A stretch of DNA of 64,000 nucleotides, taken from an uncultured Bacteroidota bacterium. Its GTDB lineage: Bacteria > Bacteroidota > Bacteroidia > 2-12-FULL-35-15. Shown in pieces: positions 10,913 through 20,683 of this stretch. The stretch covers positions 9,012-73,011 of the forward strand of contig CAVSHK010000017.1 of assembly GCA_963727705.1 (NCBI GenBank), written 5' to 3'. Position 1 is the first letter of the stretch; each line of letters opens with the position of its first letter. Both the position numbers and the translations under genes were made by a program. Under the pieces are notes generated by a model that had not been told where the DNA came from, searched no databases, and saw only the letters and a program-made list of their open reading frames with translations.

Positions 10913-12532
10913 TTAATTACCATAGGGAATTTCACGCAATATAACCTGATACCCATTGCCATTCTTCACATCAATAGTTTCCTTATAGATTTCTTTGCCT
11001 TTAATAAAATATTGGATGTCATAAGTACTACCGATGGGTAAATCTATTCCAAATTTGCCTGTAGCATTGTTTGCTTCTACTTCCTGAATAATTTCATGTG
11101 TAGCTTTATCTATTACTAAAATTAAATTATCTGAAAGGTCCTCTTTAGAATTATTAATTATTCTTCCCACAATCAAAGTAATGTCTCTTTTTTCGCTTTC
11201 TTCAGGATAACTTACTTGGTATATATCCATACTGCCAAGCCCATTTGCTCTATCGGAAGATAAATAAGCCGTTTTCCCATCTGTATCAATCTTAAAAAAC
11301 AAGTCATCACCGGTGGTGTTAATTGGGTAACCAACACTTAAAGGCACAGATAAAAATCCGTTTTCAGGATCTATGATAGAAGAAAAAATATCATAACCGC
11401 CCATCGATTTGTACCCTTGAGAAGAAAAAAATATTTCTCTCCCATTCGGATGTACAAACACTCCATCTTCATCATATTTTGTATTAATTGTTGATCCTAA
11501 ATTTTGAGCGGGTCCCCATTTTCCATTCGGCAATTTTATACACTTATAAATATCACTTCCACCAAAACCGCCCTCTCTGTTACTCACAAAATAAAGAATT
11601 CTACCGTCATTAGTAATACTGGCAGATGTTTCATCTGCAACACTATTAACTCCCGACCCCCAATACTGAGGTGATTTCCATGCTCCATTAACAAAACTAC
11701 TAAGGTACAGATTTTCATCATTTCCATCATCCTTGCAAATAATTAATGACCCATCAAAAGTTGTGTTAACTACACGTTGATTACCCGTTGTATTAATTTC
11801 CCCCTCTATTAACTTTACATTTTTCCATTTGTTATCCTGACCAAGCTCTGCTGAATAAATGTCTTCATCAAACAATCCTTTAGAGTTCTTTATATCCCCC
11901 TTCCCTATTGGTCTTCGCGATGTAAATATTAACACCTTATTATCGGGTGAAATCACAGATGAATAATCTGCATATTTAGAGTTCACACCTTCTCCCAAAT
12001 TAATAACTTTAACATGCTTTGGAGTTTTCAATAAATCAATACCATTGGTGCAGGTTTCAATTCCATGCAGTATATCCTCTACTTCTGCTGTTAATTTTCT
12101 ACTTGTTCCCAAGGTTCCCTTATATTTTAAATACATTTCAATAGCCTTATCAAACTCATAATTTAGCTGATAAGCTTTAGCTAAATATTTTAAGGTGTAT
12201 TTTGGAGCTTTTTTTTCCTTTAAATCATTTTTTCTATAGTTTTCGGTAATATTTTTAGAAGCTTCTATAAAATAAGCAATTGATTTTACTTTGTTTGCAG
12301 AAGAATTTAGATAACAAAAACCTACCTTAAATTTAATGTTCGCATTATCTTTTTCCAGCGAATCCAAATGAAGAAATAAGGGCAGCGCATCATCATAATT
12401 TTCGTTGTTCAAAAAACGTTCAGCTTCTATGTATGTTTTTTTATAACCTCCTATAACATAACCATTAACGCTTGCGGAGGCATCAACGAACAACAACACT
12501 AAAATCAAAATTTGGCAATGAATTTTTATCAT
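10913..12532 (-). CDS. TPR + PD40/TolB-like beta-propeller protein (paralogue of upstream gene, no OmpA domain)
   Basis: 539 aa with the same N-terminal TPR and PD40 repeat layout (ILYFVSNREGGFGGSDIYK). The C-terminus looks like a small beta-sandwich. It lies 73 nt downstream of 8407..10839's partner position on the same strand. Confidence 0.75.
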   Translation of the reverse strand: MIKIHCQILILVLLFVDASASVNGYVIGGYKKTYIEAERFLNNENYDDALPLFLHLDSLEKDNANIKFKVGFCYLNSSANKVKSIAYFIEASKNITENYRKNDLKEKKAPKYTLKYLAKAYQLNYEFDKAIEMYLKYKGTLGTSRKLTAEVEDILHGIETCTNGIDLLKTPKHVKVINLGEGVNSKYADYSSVISPDNKVLIFTSRRPIGKGDIKNSKGLFDEDIYSAELGQDNKWKNVKLIEGEINTTGNQRVVNTTFDGSLIICKDDGNDENLYLSSFVNGAWKSPQYWGSGVNSVADETSASITNDGRILYFVSNREGGFGGSDIYKCIKLPNGKWGPAQNLGSTINTKYDEDGVFVHPNGREIFFSSQGYKSMGGYDIFSSIIDPENGFLSVPLSVGYPINTTGDDLFFKIDTDGKTAYLSSDRANGLGSMDIYQVSYPEESEKRDITLIVGRIINNSKEDLSDNLILVIDKATHEIIQEVEANNATGKFGIDLPIGSTYDIQYFIKGKEIYKETIDVKNGNGYQVILREIPYGN

Positions 12533-12680
12533 AAATAACCCCGAGTTTAATTTGAATGTGCGATTCTCAGCGCAAGTTTAAAAGAAAAAAAACTAAAACA
12601 ACCTACATGTTGAAAACTAAACTCAAGATGTTAATAAAAAAAAGAACGAGATTTAGAGGCCAATTACAAAACAAGAACAC

Positions 12681-13949
12681 TTAACAACTTCTATTAATAT
12701 CCCACTGTTCAAGAATATCGGCAACTCTTTTCACAAATTGACCTCCAAGGGAACCATCAATAACTCTGTGATCATAGGAATGAGATAAATACATAAAATG
12801 CCTTATTCCAATAGTATCTCCCGAAGGTGTTTCAATAACTGCAGGTTTCTTCTTAATTGCACCTATAGCCATTATTGCCACTTGTGGTTGGCTAATTATA
12901 GGCGTTCCCATTATATTTCCGAATGTTCCTACATTTGTGATGGTATAGGTTCCACCTTGAATTTCATCGGGATTGAGCTGTGCAAGTCTGGCTCTGTTTG
13001 CTAAATCATTTACTTTTTGAGTAATACCTACAAGGCTTAATGTATCGGCATTTTTAATAACAGGTACAATTAAATTACCTGAAGGTAAAGCTGTTGCCAT
13101 ACCTATATTTATATTTTTATGTTTTATAATTTTGTTACCATCAACCGAAATATTAATCATTGGAAATTCTTTAATCGCCTTTGCAATAGCTTCAATAAAG
13201 ATAGGAGTAAATGTTAATTTTTCCTTTTCACGGGCTTCAAATGCGTCCTTCATTTTTTCTCTCCACAAAACGATATTTGTAACGTCTGCTTCAACAAAAG
13301 AAGTAACATGTGCCGAAATTTGCTTACTCATTGTCATATGTTCCGAAATGAGTTTACGCATCCTGTCCATTTCAATTATTTCATCGCCTGAACCAACACT
13401 TACAGATGGTTTATGATGCTCGTGTATAATATGAGCAGATGAATTTATTTTATGTTTATTGGGAATATAATCCAGAATATCTTTTTTAGTAATGCGACCA
13501 CCGGCTCCAGTTCCTATTATAGTATCTAGCTCTCCGGCAGTTATTCCTTCTTCTTTTGCTATGTTTTTAACCAAAGGAGATAAAAATTTATCACTTACTA
13601 TTTTTATTTCTTTAACAGATGATTTTGAAATAATAGAAGGAATAGATTTTTCAAGCTGTTGAGGAACGGTTACAGCATTTGTTTTTGGCACCTCTATACT
13701 ATCATTGCCCGCAGTAGAAATTATTGCAACAGGTTTGCCCACTTGAACAACATCTCCTTCGTGAAACAAACATTTTACAAGAATTCCTTCCGCATTGGAT
13801 GGTATTTCTGAATCTACTTTATCTGTTGCAATCTCTACAATGCTTTCATCCATTGCAACTTTGTCACCTTCTTTCTTCAGCCATTTTGTAATGGTTGCTT
13901 CAAATACACTTTCGCCCATTTTAGGCATTAATATTTCAACCTGCGCCAT
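12681..13949 (-). CDS. 2-oxo acid dehydrogenase complex E2 component (dihydrolipoamide acyltransferase)
   Basis: 422 aa with a lipoyl domain (EIATDKVDSEIPS), an E3-binding segment (SPLVKNIAKEEGI) and the catalytic motif HSYDHRVIDG. Confidence 0.9.
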   Translation of the reverse strand: MAQVEILMPKMGESVFEATITKWLKKEGDKVAMDESIVEIATDKVDSEIPSNAEGILVKCLFHEGDVVQVGKPVAIISTAGNDSIEVPKTNAVTVPQQLEKSIPSIISKSSVKEIKIVSDKFLSPLVKNIAKEEGITAGELDTIIGTGAGGRITKKDILDYIPNKHKINSSAHIIHEHHKPSVSVGSGDEIIEMDRMRKLISEHMTMSKQISAHVTSFVEADVTNIVLWREKMKDAFEAREKEKLTFTPIFIEAIAKAIKEFPMINISVDGNKIIKHKNINIGMATALPSGNLIVPVIKNADTLSLVGITQKVNDLANRARLAQLNPDEIQGGTYTITNVGTFGNIMGTPIISQPQVAIMAIGAIKKKPAVIETPSGDTIGIRHFMYLSHSYDHRVIDGSLGGQFVKRVADILEQWDINRSC

Positions 13950-13984
13950 TTATTGTAACAAAATTAAACTATACGAAAATCGCA

Positions 13985-13992
13985 CAAAAGTA
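13985..13992 (-). promoter_or_regulatory. Bacteroidota -7 promoter box TAnnTTTG (TACTTTTG) upstream of the E2 gene
   Basis: Exact motif match, with 35 nt between the motif G and ATG 13949. Confidence 0.45.
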
Positions 13993-14052
13993 ACCATTAT
14001 TTTCAATAGAATGTATTTACTTTTTAGAGCGTTTTATTTTCATAAATCATAT

Positions 14053-14089
14053 AAAAAAAAGCGCCATAACCTAATAAAGGTTAGAGCGC
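14053..14089 (-). terminator. Rho-independent terminator after ilvE
   Basis: The minus strand reads GCGCTCTAACCT-TTATT-AGGTTATGGCGC (10 of 12 bp pair) followed by T8. Confidence 0.6.
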
Positions 14090-14112
14090 ATATTTACATT
14101 AAATTTTAACAG

Positions 14113-15183
14113 TTAACAAACTTTATACATCCAGTTATGAATATCTTTTACTCTTCCCTTATGGATATCTTCCAATTCTATTTTAACACGATTAGAAAAT
14201 GTTCTTGTTTTAATATCTGGCAGTTCGTAATCTTTTCCTTCAAAACCTATATGCGACACATGCGTAATAGTAGCAGCTGTACCTGTTCCAAAAGCATCTT
14301 GTAAAATACCTTTAGCATGTGCATCAATTACCTCATCAATACTTATTTTTCTTTCCTGCACCTTCATTTTCCACTCTCTGGCAAGGGTTAATACACTATC
14401 GCGCGTAACACCAGGTAATATTGTATCACCTAACGATGGAGTAATTAATACATCATCAATAACTACCATTAAATTCATTGTTCCCGACTCTTCCAAAAAG
14501 CGATGATTACGTGCATCAGTCCAAAATATTTGCTGATAGCCTTTTTCTGCGGCCAGCTTAGTTGGTAATAAAGAGCGACCGTAATTACCCGAAACTTTTG
14601 CAAAACCAACTCCTCCTTCGGCAGCCCTTGTATATTTTGTTTCAACCAATACTTTAACAGGTGCGCTGTAGTATGCGCCACTTGGAGAAGTGATAATAAG
14701 GAAACGATATGAATCGGAAGGATGAACGCCAATAAATTCATCTGTTGCAATTAAAAACGGACGAATGTATAAGGAGGAGCCTTCGGCAGTAGGTACAAAA
14801 TTTTTATCTAATTTAACCAATTCCGTTAATCCTCCCATAAATACTTCTTCAGGAACCGTTTGCATACACATGCGTTCAGCCGAAGCGTTCAATCTGTTAA
14901 AATTAGCCAAAGGACGAAATATTGAAACTTCACCACTTTCATTTTTATAGGCTTTCATTCCTTCAAAAATAGCTTGTCCATAATGCAATACAGCAGCAGC
15001 AGGACTAATAGGAAAAGCGCCATAAGGGACTATCTGTAAATCAGTCCATTTATTATTATTAAAATCAGCCATAAACATATGGTCTGCAAAGGCTTTCCCA
15101 AAAGAAAGGTGATTAAAATCCAACTCATTTAGTTTAGATTGAGTTGTTTTTTGAATTTTAATGGATGTGCTTGTTGTTGACAT
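14113..15183 (-). CDS. ilvE: Branched-chain amino acid aminotransferase
   Basis: 356 aa class IV aminotransferase with motifs FEGMKAY, YIRP and EESGTMN. Confidence 0.88.
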   Translation of the reverse strand: MSTTSTSIKIQKTTQSKLNELDFNHLSFGKAFADHMFMADFNNNKWTDLQIVPYGAFPISPAAAVLHYGQAIFEGMKAYKNESGEVSIFRPLANFNRLNASAERMCMQTVPEEVFMGGLTELVKLDKNFVPTAEGSSLYIRPFLIATDEFIGVHPSDSYRFLIITSPSGAYYSAPVKVLVETKYTRAAEGGVGFAKVSGNYGRSLLPTKLAAEKGYQQIFWTDARNHRFLEESGTMNLMVVIDDVLITPSLGDTILPGVTRDSVLTLAREWKMKVQERKISIDEVIDAHAKGILQDAFGTGTAATITHVSHIGFEGKDYELPDIKTRTFSNRVKIELEDIHKGRVKDIHNWMYKVC

Positions 15184-15184
15184 A

Positions 15185-15216
15185 AAAATTAGGTATATGG
15201 CTGTAAAATTAGGTAT
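15185..15216. repeat. Two copies of a 12-nt direct repeat AAAATTAGGTAT (20-nt period) abutting the ilvE start
   Basis: The copies are at 15185-15196 and 15205-15216. On the ilvE strand each reads ATACCTAATTTT, which contains a near -7-box (TAATTTT). Confidence 0.5.
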
Positions 15217-15281
15217 TTAATTAAATTTATTCAAAAGAATCGCATGAAATATTCATCATGCCCGCCGAAAACCCTCTATTA

Positions 15282-17357
15282 TCAATACAATCCGTTGCGC
15301 CTACGAATAAACCATTCTGCGCTCAACAATAGTAGAAGTAAAAAAAATATCCATTTCAGATGTATTAAGTCGGATAAGGTATTGTGTGCATATACAACTG
15401 ATTTTATATCATCACGGTTATTTATTTTTTCAAGCAAATTGTTCAACTCCTTGGGATAAAACAATTCGCCACCATGTGTTTTAGCAATGTTATAAAGTAG
15501 TTGATGATCAGCAATCGTATTAAGCGATTCAACGTTTAACGGCATAATATGAAACGTGCCATGTTGTTTGTATAATTTATTACCAACCTTTACTGTACTT
15601 TCGTATTCATATTCTCCAACGGGCATCATACCTGCATCCAAACGATATGAATCTGACGTTTTACTGAATGTAAAATTGTATTTTTTATTACTCACGTCTT
15701 TTATCACAATGTTTATTTCTGGTTCATTGATCAGCTCGTAACTTTCATTATATAACTCTGCTTTTAGCAACAAGCGATCATTTTCATAAATTGGAGCAGG
15801 TAATGATATTTTAAAAAAACTTCTGTCGACCTTTACTGCAAGGTATTGTAACGTTTTAGACACAAATTCGTCAAATAAATTATGATTACCATGTGCTGCA
15901 AAATCCTGTAATCGCCATCTCCAAAGACCTTCACCATAAAACTGCGCTATTTTGTTTTCGTTTTGTGAGCCAAAAGTCATTAATGGCATTTGTGTTTCAA
16001 CAGTACCAATGCGTTGATAAAACAAAGTATTACTGCCATTGACCTGAGGAAAAGTTCCATAGGGACAAACCACCGCAGGGAAGTATTTACAACCTTTACG
16101 CAATTCGTCGCTTATGGTAAATAGCGAAAAATTTTGTTCCAACACCGCTTCACACTCATTTGTTTTTTGAATTGATGAAAAAACAGAAATATCATTGTTT
16201 AATATGGTGTTAGCTCCCGAAATAATCCACACCGGAAAATTAGCGGATTTAATTTCATTAACAATTTTTGTAGCAGGATTGTTTCTGTTAGGCAAACCAT
16301 GAAGGATAATCAGGTTGTAATGCTTAAGCGATTTGTTAAATTTATCTGCCGTAAAACTTTCAACTTCGTAATTCTGATTGGCTTCAATACTTTCTTTTAT
16401 AGCGGCCACATCCGGATGAGGAGCGTCAGATAGTATAACTATTTTTTGCCGTGAATCAAGCACGTCAATAAATACATCCTGCTCATTATTTGCTAGTGTC
16501 ATTTCATCATCTAAAGCTGACAACCGTACTTTATAATGTTGCAAACCCACATTTTTAGCCTCGAGATAAACTGGAATTGTAGTTGTAAAAGCATCGGAAG
16601 CAATATCTATTTTTTGAGAATACAATGTGTTTTTACCTTGCAGTATAGTTAAAGTAGTGATATTGTTTTTTAATTTTTTTGCGTGAACAACGACCTGTAG
16701 CGGAAACTCATTGCCCAAATAAGCCAAACGATTATGTTCCACGTCTTGTAATACTAAATCTTTTTTTACTGTAGTATCACCAAGAGCTATAGTATATATA
16801 GGTGTTTTTATTTTTTCGGAAGCAAAAACAGGGTTGCTTCCTTTGTTATATAAACCATCACTGGCAATTATTACAGCCCCAAGGTTACGATTGGAATAAC
16901 GTATTTCCAGTTCATCAAACAAAGAAGAAATAGCTGTTTGTTTTTCATCAAACTTCACTGCATTTAAAGATGAAATAGTATTAATTTTATCAGCAAATGA
17001 ATAAATTTTCACATCGTATTTATCAGAAAGGGCATCTGATAGTGTTTGTAATTTTTGTTTGTATTGAGTTTGATAAAAGGATGAATCTTTACCTATAACA
17101 ATTGATTCTGAATTATCCTGAGCAATAACAACAACGGGCTTTTCAACTTCTCTTTCTATACTATTTAATAAAGGAGATAATAATAAAAAACTAAGAAGGG
17201 TAACAACTACAAACCTAAAAACAAAAAGTGTTTTAACCAGCCATTTTGCAAGTTCATTTAGTTTATTGTTACGATAATACAACACCCCCGAATACAACAA
17301 ACCCGAAGTAATACAAAATATAACAAACCACCAGGGGTATTCTAAAAGTATGCTCAT
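15282..17357 (-). CDS. Large membrane-anchored protein of unknown function (N-terminal double-TM, possible vWA/GATase-like core)
   Basis: 691 aa. The N-terminus has two TM helices (PWWFVIFCITSGLLYSGVLYY and FVFRFVVVTLLSFLLL) and the C-terminus has one (IFFLLLLLLSAEWFIRR). No catalytic motif was recognised. Confidence 0.5.
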   Translation of the reverse strand: MSILLEYPWWFVIFCITSGLLYSGVLYYRNNKLNELAKWLVKTLFVFRFVVVTLLSFLLLSPLLNSIEREVEKPVVVIAQDNSESIVIGKDSSFYQTQYKQKLQTLSDALSDKYDVKIYSFADKINTISSLNAVKFDEKQTAISSLFDELEIRYSNRNLGAVIIASDGLYNKGSNPVFASEKIKTPIYTIALGDTTVKKDLVLQDVEHNRLAYLGNEFPLQVVVHAKKLKNNITTLTILQGKNTLYSQKIDIASDAFTTTIPVYLEAKNVGLQHYKVRLSALDDEMTLANNEQDVFIDVLDSRQKIVILSDAPHPDVAAIKESIEANQNYEVESFTADKFNKSLKHYNLIILHGLPNRNNPATKIVNEIKSANFPVWIISGANTILNNDISVFSSIQKTNECEAVLEQNFSLFTISDELRKGCKYFPAVVCPYGTFPQVNGSNTLFYQRIGTVETQMPLMTFGSQNENKIAQFYGEGLWRWRLQDFAAHGNHNLFDEFVSKTLQYLAVKVDRSFFKISLPAPIYENDRLLLKAELYNESYELINEPEINIVIKDVSNKKYNFTFSKTSDSYRLDAGMMPVGEYEYESTVKVGNKLYKQHGTFHIMPLNVESLNTIADHQLLYNIAKTHGGELFYPKELNNLLEKINNRDDIKSVVYAHNTLSDLIHLKWIFFLLLLLLSAEWFIRRRNGLY

Positions 17358-17443
17358 TTATCGGTTAAAGGCTGTAAAATTATAAATAACACAACAACTA
17401 ATTTAAAATCCTTTAAAATTAATAACTATTGGCAACTTTGCAC

Positions 17444-17451
17444 CAAAATTA
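17444..17451 (-). promoter_or_regulatory. -7 box TAATTTTG upstream of the 691-aa membrane protein gene
   Basis: Exact motif match, 86 nt upstream of ATG 17357. Confidence 0.35.
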
Positions 17452-17652
17452 GTAATTGAGCTTTATTTTAGAACCGAATTACGGAAATGAAGCAGGTTTA
17501 GGTGCTGAGCCCTCAAATTAAAATATAAAATCAATGACTTGTATTAAAAAAGGAAAACAAAAATGCAGGAACAAGTGTCATGATATGATGCTACGCTTAA
17601 CTATTACTTACTGCTAATTTTAATTTGTAAAGTGTAAGTTGATTATATATAA

Positions 17653-18348
17653 TCATTGTTTCAAATCAAGGTTTATTATTTTACCATCTGCCAACTCAAT
17701 TGTTCTATCAGAAGCCTTGGCAAAATCATTATCATGTGTAACGGCAATTATAGTTTGATGAAACTCATGGGCAATTTGCTGAAAAATGTCAAAAACAATT
17801 TGGGTGTTTTTACTATCTAAATTTCCGGTTGGTTCATCGCACATAATAATTTTAGGGTTATTGATTAATGCCCTTGCAATGGCTACCCGTTGTTGTTGTC
17901 CACCCGAAAGTTTGGATGCGGGTTTTAATGCCTGATCGGTTATTCCAAGCATTTCCAATTTTTGATAGGCTTGATGCTCAACCTCTTCGTGTGTGAATTT
18001 TCCTAATTTAAGTGCGGGTATCATCACATTTTTTAAACAACTGAATTCGGGTAACAAGTAGTGAAACTGAAATATAAAGCCAATGTTTTTATTACGGATA
18101 GCAGCTAATTTATTTAAATTTTGTCCCGTTATTTTTTCATCATCAATAAATAATTCTCCTTCATAGTCCGTATCCATTGTGGATAAAATATATAGTAAGG
18201 TGGACTTACCGCTTCCAGATTTTCCAACCAGAGTAAGAAATTCACCTTTATATGCTTCGAATGAAATATTGTCGAGTACTTTAAATTTTACAGGATCGTA
18301 AAAATATTTACCAATGCAATTGGTTTTTAATACTATTTGCTTTTCCAT
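17653..18348 (-). CDS. ABC transporter ATP-binding protein (MacB/LolD-type)
   Basis: 231 aa with Walker [10 protein letters not shown], signature [15 protein letters not shown] and Walker [13 protein letters not shown]. Its ATG shares one base with the upstream permease stop (TAATG). Confidence 0.92.
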   Translation of the reverse strand: MEKQIVLKTNCIGKYFYDPVKFKVLDNISFEAYKGEFLTLVGKSGSGKSTLLYILSTMDTDYEGELFIDDEKITGQNLNKLAAIRNKNIGFIFQFHYLLPEFSCLKNVMIPALKLGKFTHEEVEHQAYQKLEMLGITDQALKPASKLSGGQQQRVAIARALINNPKIIMCDEPTGNLDSKNTQIVFDIFQQIAHEFHQTIIAVTHDNDFAKASDRTIELADGKIINLDLKQ

Positions 18349-19584
18349 TATTTTCTGAATATTGCTACAGGGTCAACCTTTGATGCTTTGCGTGCCGGAA
18401 TATATCCTGCAAAAAATGTTACCAGCATACCTACAGCAACTCCTGTCATAGAAACCGACAGTTCAAATGAAATAGGAAAATAACCGATGTCAGCACCAAT
18501 GTATATTTTGCTTAACAGTGTAACAATGAGCAATGCCAGCAAAAAACCAATGGTTGTGCCTATAACACCCATTACCATAGCTTCCATTACAAAAATCTTA
18601 ACCACGTCGCTCCCTGAAAATCCGTTAGCTTTTAAAATGGCAATGTCATTTAATTTTTGAGAAACGGTCATGTTCAATATATTATAAATACCAAATGCTG
18701 CAACCAATAAAATGGCCCATGAAATGAACATAAACATAACGGCTCTTATTTTTTTACCGGCCACAAACAACTCGTTGGCAGCTTTCCAGTCCTCAGTTGT
18801 GTAGCCCGTTAATTTACTTAATACACCGGCATATTGAGGGGCATCTTCCGGATTTTTAATTTTCACATAAATATCAGTAACATAATTGGGCCCTTGTCCC
18901 AATAATTGCTGTGCAGTAGCAAGGTTCATGTACGATTTACTTTTATCGGTAACCGCATTGCTGCTTTTAAAAAAACCTACCACTTTCATCAGTTTAATAA
19001 TTCCAACAGATGAAATAACACTTATATTATCATTTAACTGAATGTTCAGTTTGTTGGCAATACCAACACCAATAATAATTCCATTGGGGGTATTTGAAAG
19101 AGTTTTTAAATCGCCCACCACCATGGTAGATTGTATATCAAACATCGCATCGGCTTCGGTAATATTTATTCCCCAACCAACACCATTTAATTGTGACTTA
19201 CCATTATTATAAAACAAATTGGTGGTTACCATTGATGCTGCTGACGTAACTTGATCTTGTTTTTTTATATCGTTTAATAACTTAACAGGATTAATAAGGT
19301 TTTTTGAAATGATTTGAGATTTTGGGATTAACAATAACCAGAGTTGTGTTTTTTTGTAAGGATCTTTTGACAGTGGGCGGCTTATTTCATCTTCTTTATA
19401 AACACGGATATGGGGCGTTGTTTTAAAAATAGCAGTTGTCCGAATAGCGGTTGATACCAATCATCAGGGTGTTCAAACAAATATAAATGGCAATACCTAT
19501 GGCAACGCCAAACGATGCCACAATGGTTTGTCGTTTTCTCGTTAAAATGTGCGTAAGCGCTATTTCTGTATTTACACTTTTCAT
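18348..19584 (-). pseudogene. ABC transporter permease (FtsX/MacB-like), frameshifted as sequenced
   Basis: ATG 19584 opens MKSVNTEIALTHILTRKRQTIVASFGVAIGIAIYICLNTLMIGINRYSDNCYF, which stops at 19423-19425. The rest of the protein (..AIFKTTPHIRVY.. with C-terminal FtsX TM helices) is in ORF 18348..19460. The span is 1237 nt (3n+1). Confidence 0.8.
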
Positions 19585-20683
19585 TTAATGATGGTCTAAA
19601 GTAATGATGGTGTTTTCATCTATACCGCTTTTAATTTCCACCCAGTCGGTTGATACAAAATTTGTTTCTACCATTACTTGTCCTTTATCCTTTACATTTA
19701 CTTTATTTCCATAGTCAAGGAAATTTTTAGGAATAACTAGCACATTGTTTCTTTCAGCAATAATTATATTGGCTTGCAACTGCGTACCTGAAATTCTGAA
19801 ATCCATTATATCGGTAAACTTTACTTTACAATAAAACGATTGTGCCTGATCATCAAAAGCAGGGTATATTTCACTTACAATGCCATTGTAATTTTTGTCC
19901 TTATTGGTATTCAACTGAACAATTGCTTTTTGTCCCAGCTTTATCTTAGAGATATTTGTTTCGTCAATACTTAACTTGGCATATATATCGTCTTCATTGC
20001 CAATAACGGCAATAACATCGCCTTTTTTTACATAATCGCCTAAGCTGCTTTTGTTTTTGATAAATCTTGCCACCAACAATAGCTCTTATTTCATTATTTC
20101 CTTGAAAAAAACTATTAATACCTGTTTGCGATTTTTGTACGATCAATTGCTGGTCGGCCTGTTGTTTTAACAAATTATAATTTTCCTGTAAGGAAGTTAG
20201 ATTTGCTTTGGAATTTTCAAACGCAAGGACTGCATTTTCATACTCCAATTTTGAAACACTTTTATCATCATACAATTTTTTATAGCGGTCAGCCTGCAAT
20301 TCATCTTGCTTTAATTTTAGTTTAGCAGCCTCTATATTGGCTTCTGCCTGTTTAAATGCAGGCGCATTAGGCGACACATTAGTACCTGCAATAGATAACA
20401 GTGCATTAGCACTTTGCGCATTAAAGTAATTTTGTTTGTTATCAATTATAGCTAACACCATTCCTTGTTTCACAACATCACCCTCAATAAAGTTTAATGC
20501 ACTGATATAACCCTCACTTTGTGCGGTAAGATTATACTGATTTTCGGGGACAAGTACACCAGATGCAAATACTGTTTCCGTAATGTTCTTTTTTATTGGT
20601 TTTGTTTCCGTAGACTTTTTGCCACAGGAATTTAGAATCAGTAATGCGGAAATAATAGTTATTACCCTTATAGAATGTGTCAT
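19585..20683 (-). pseudogene. Efflux periplasmic adaptor (HlyD/MFP family), frameshifted as sequenced
   Basis: The N-terminal fragment 19994..20683 has a lipoprotein signal (LILNSCGKK), a lipoyl-like motif and a coiled coil. The C-terminal fragment 19585..20079 holds the beta-barrel domains. The frames switch near the T3 run at 20062-20064 (minus strand), reading ..IRAIVGGKI/IKNKSSLGDYVKKGD... The span is 1099 nt (3n+1). Confidence 0.8.

Noticed and set aside
17531-17581. A 16-codon hydrophobic mini-ORF (MTLVPAFLFSFFNTSH) in the 295-nt gap downstream of the ABC ATPase gene.
   Set aside because: It is too short, has no promoter box or conservation evidence, and such ORFs are expected by chance in AT-rich spacers.
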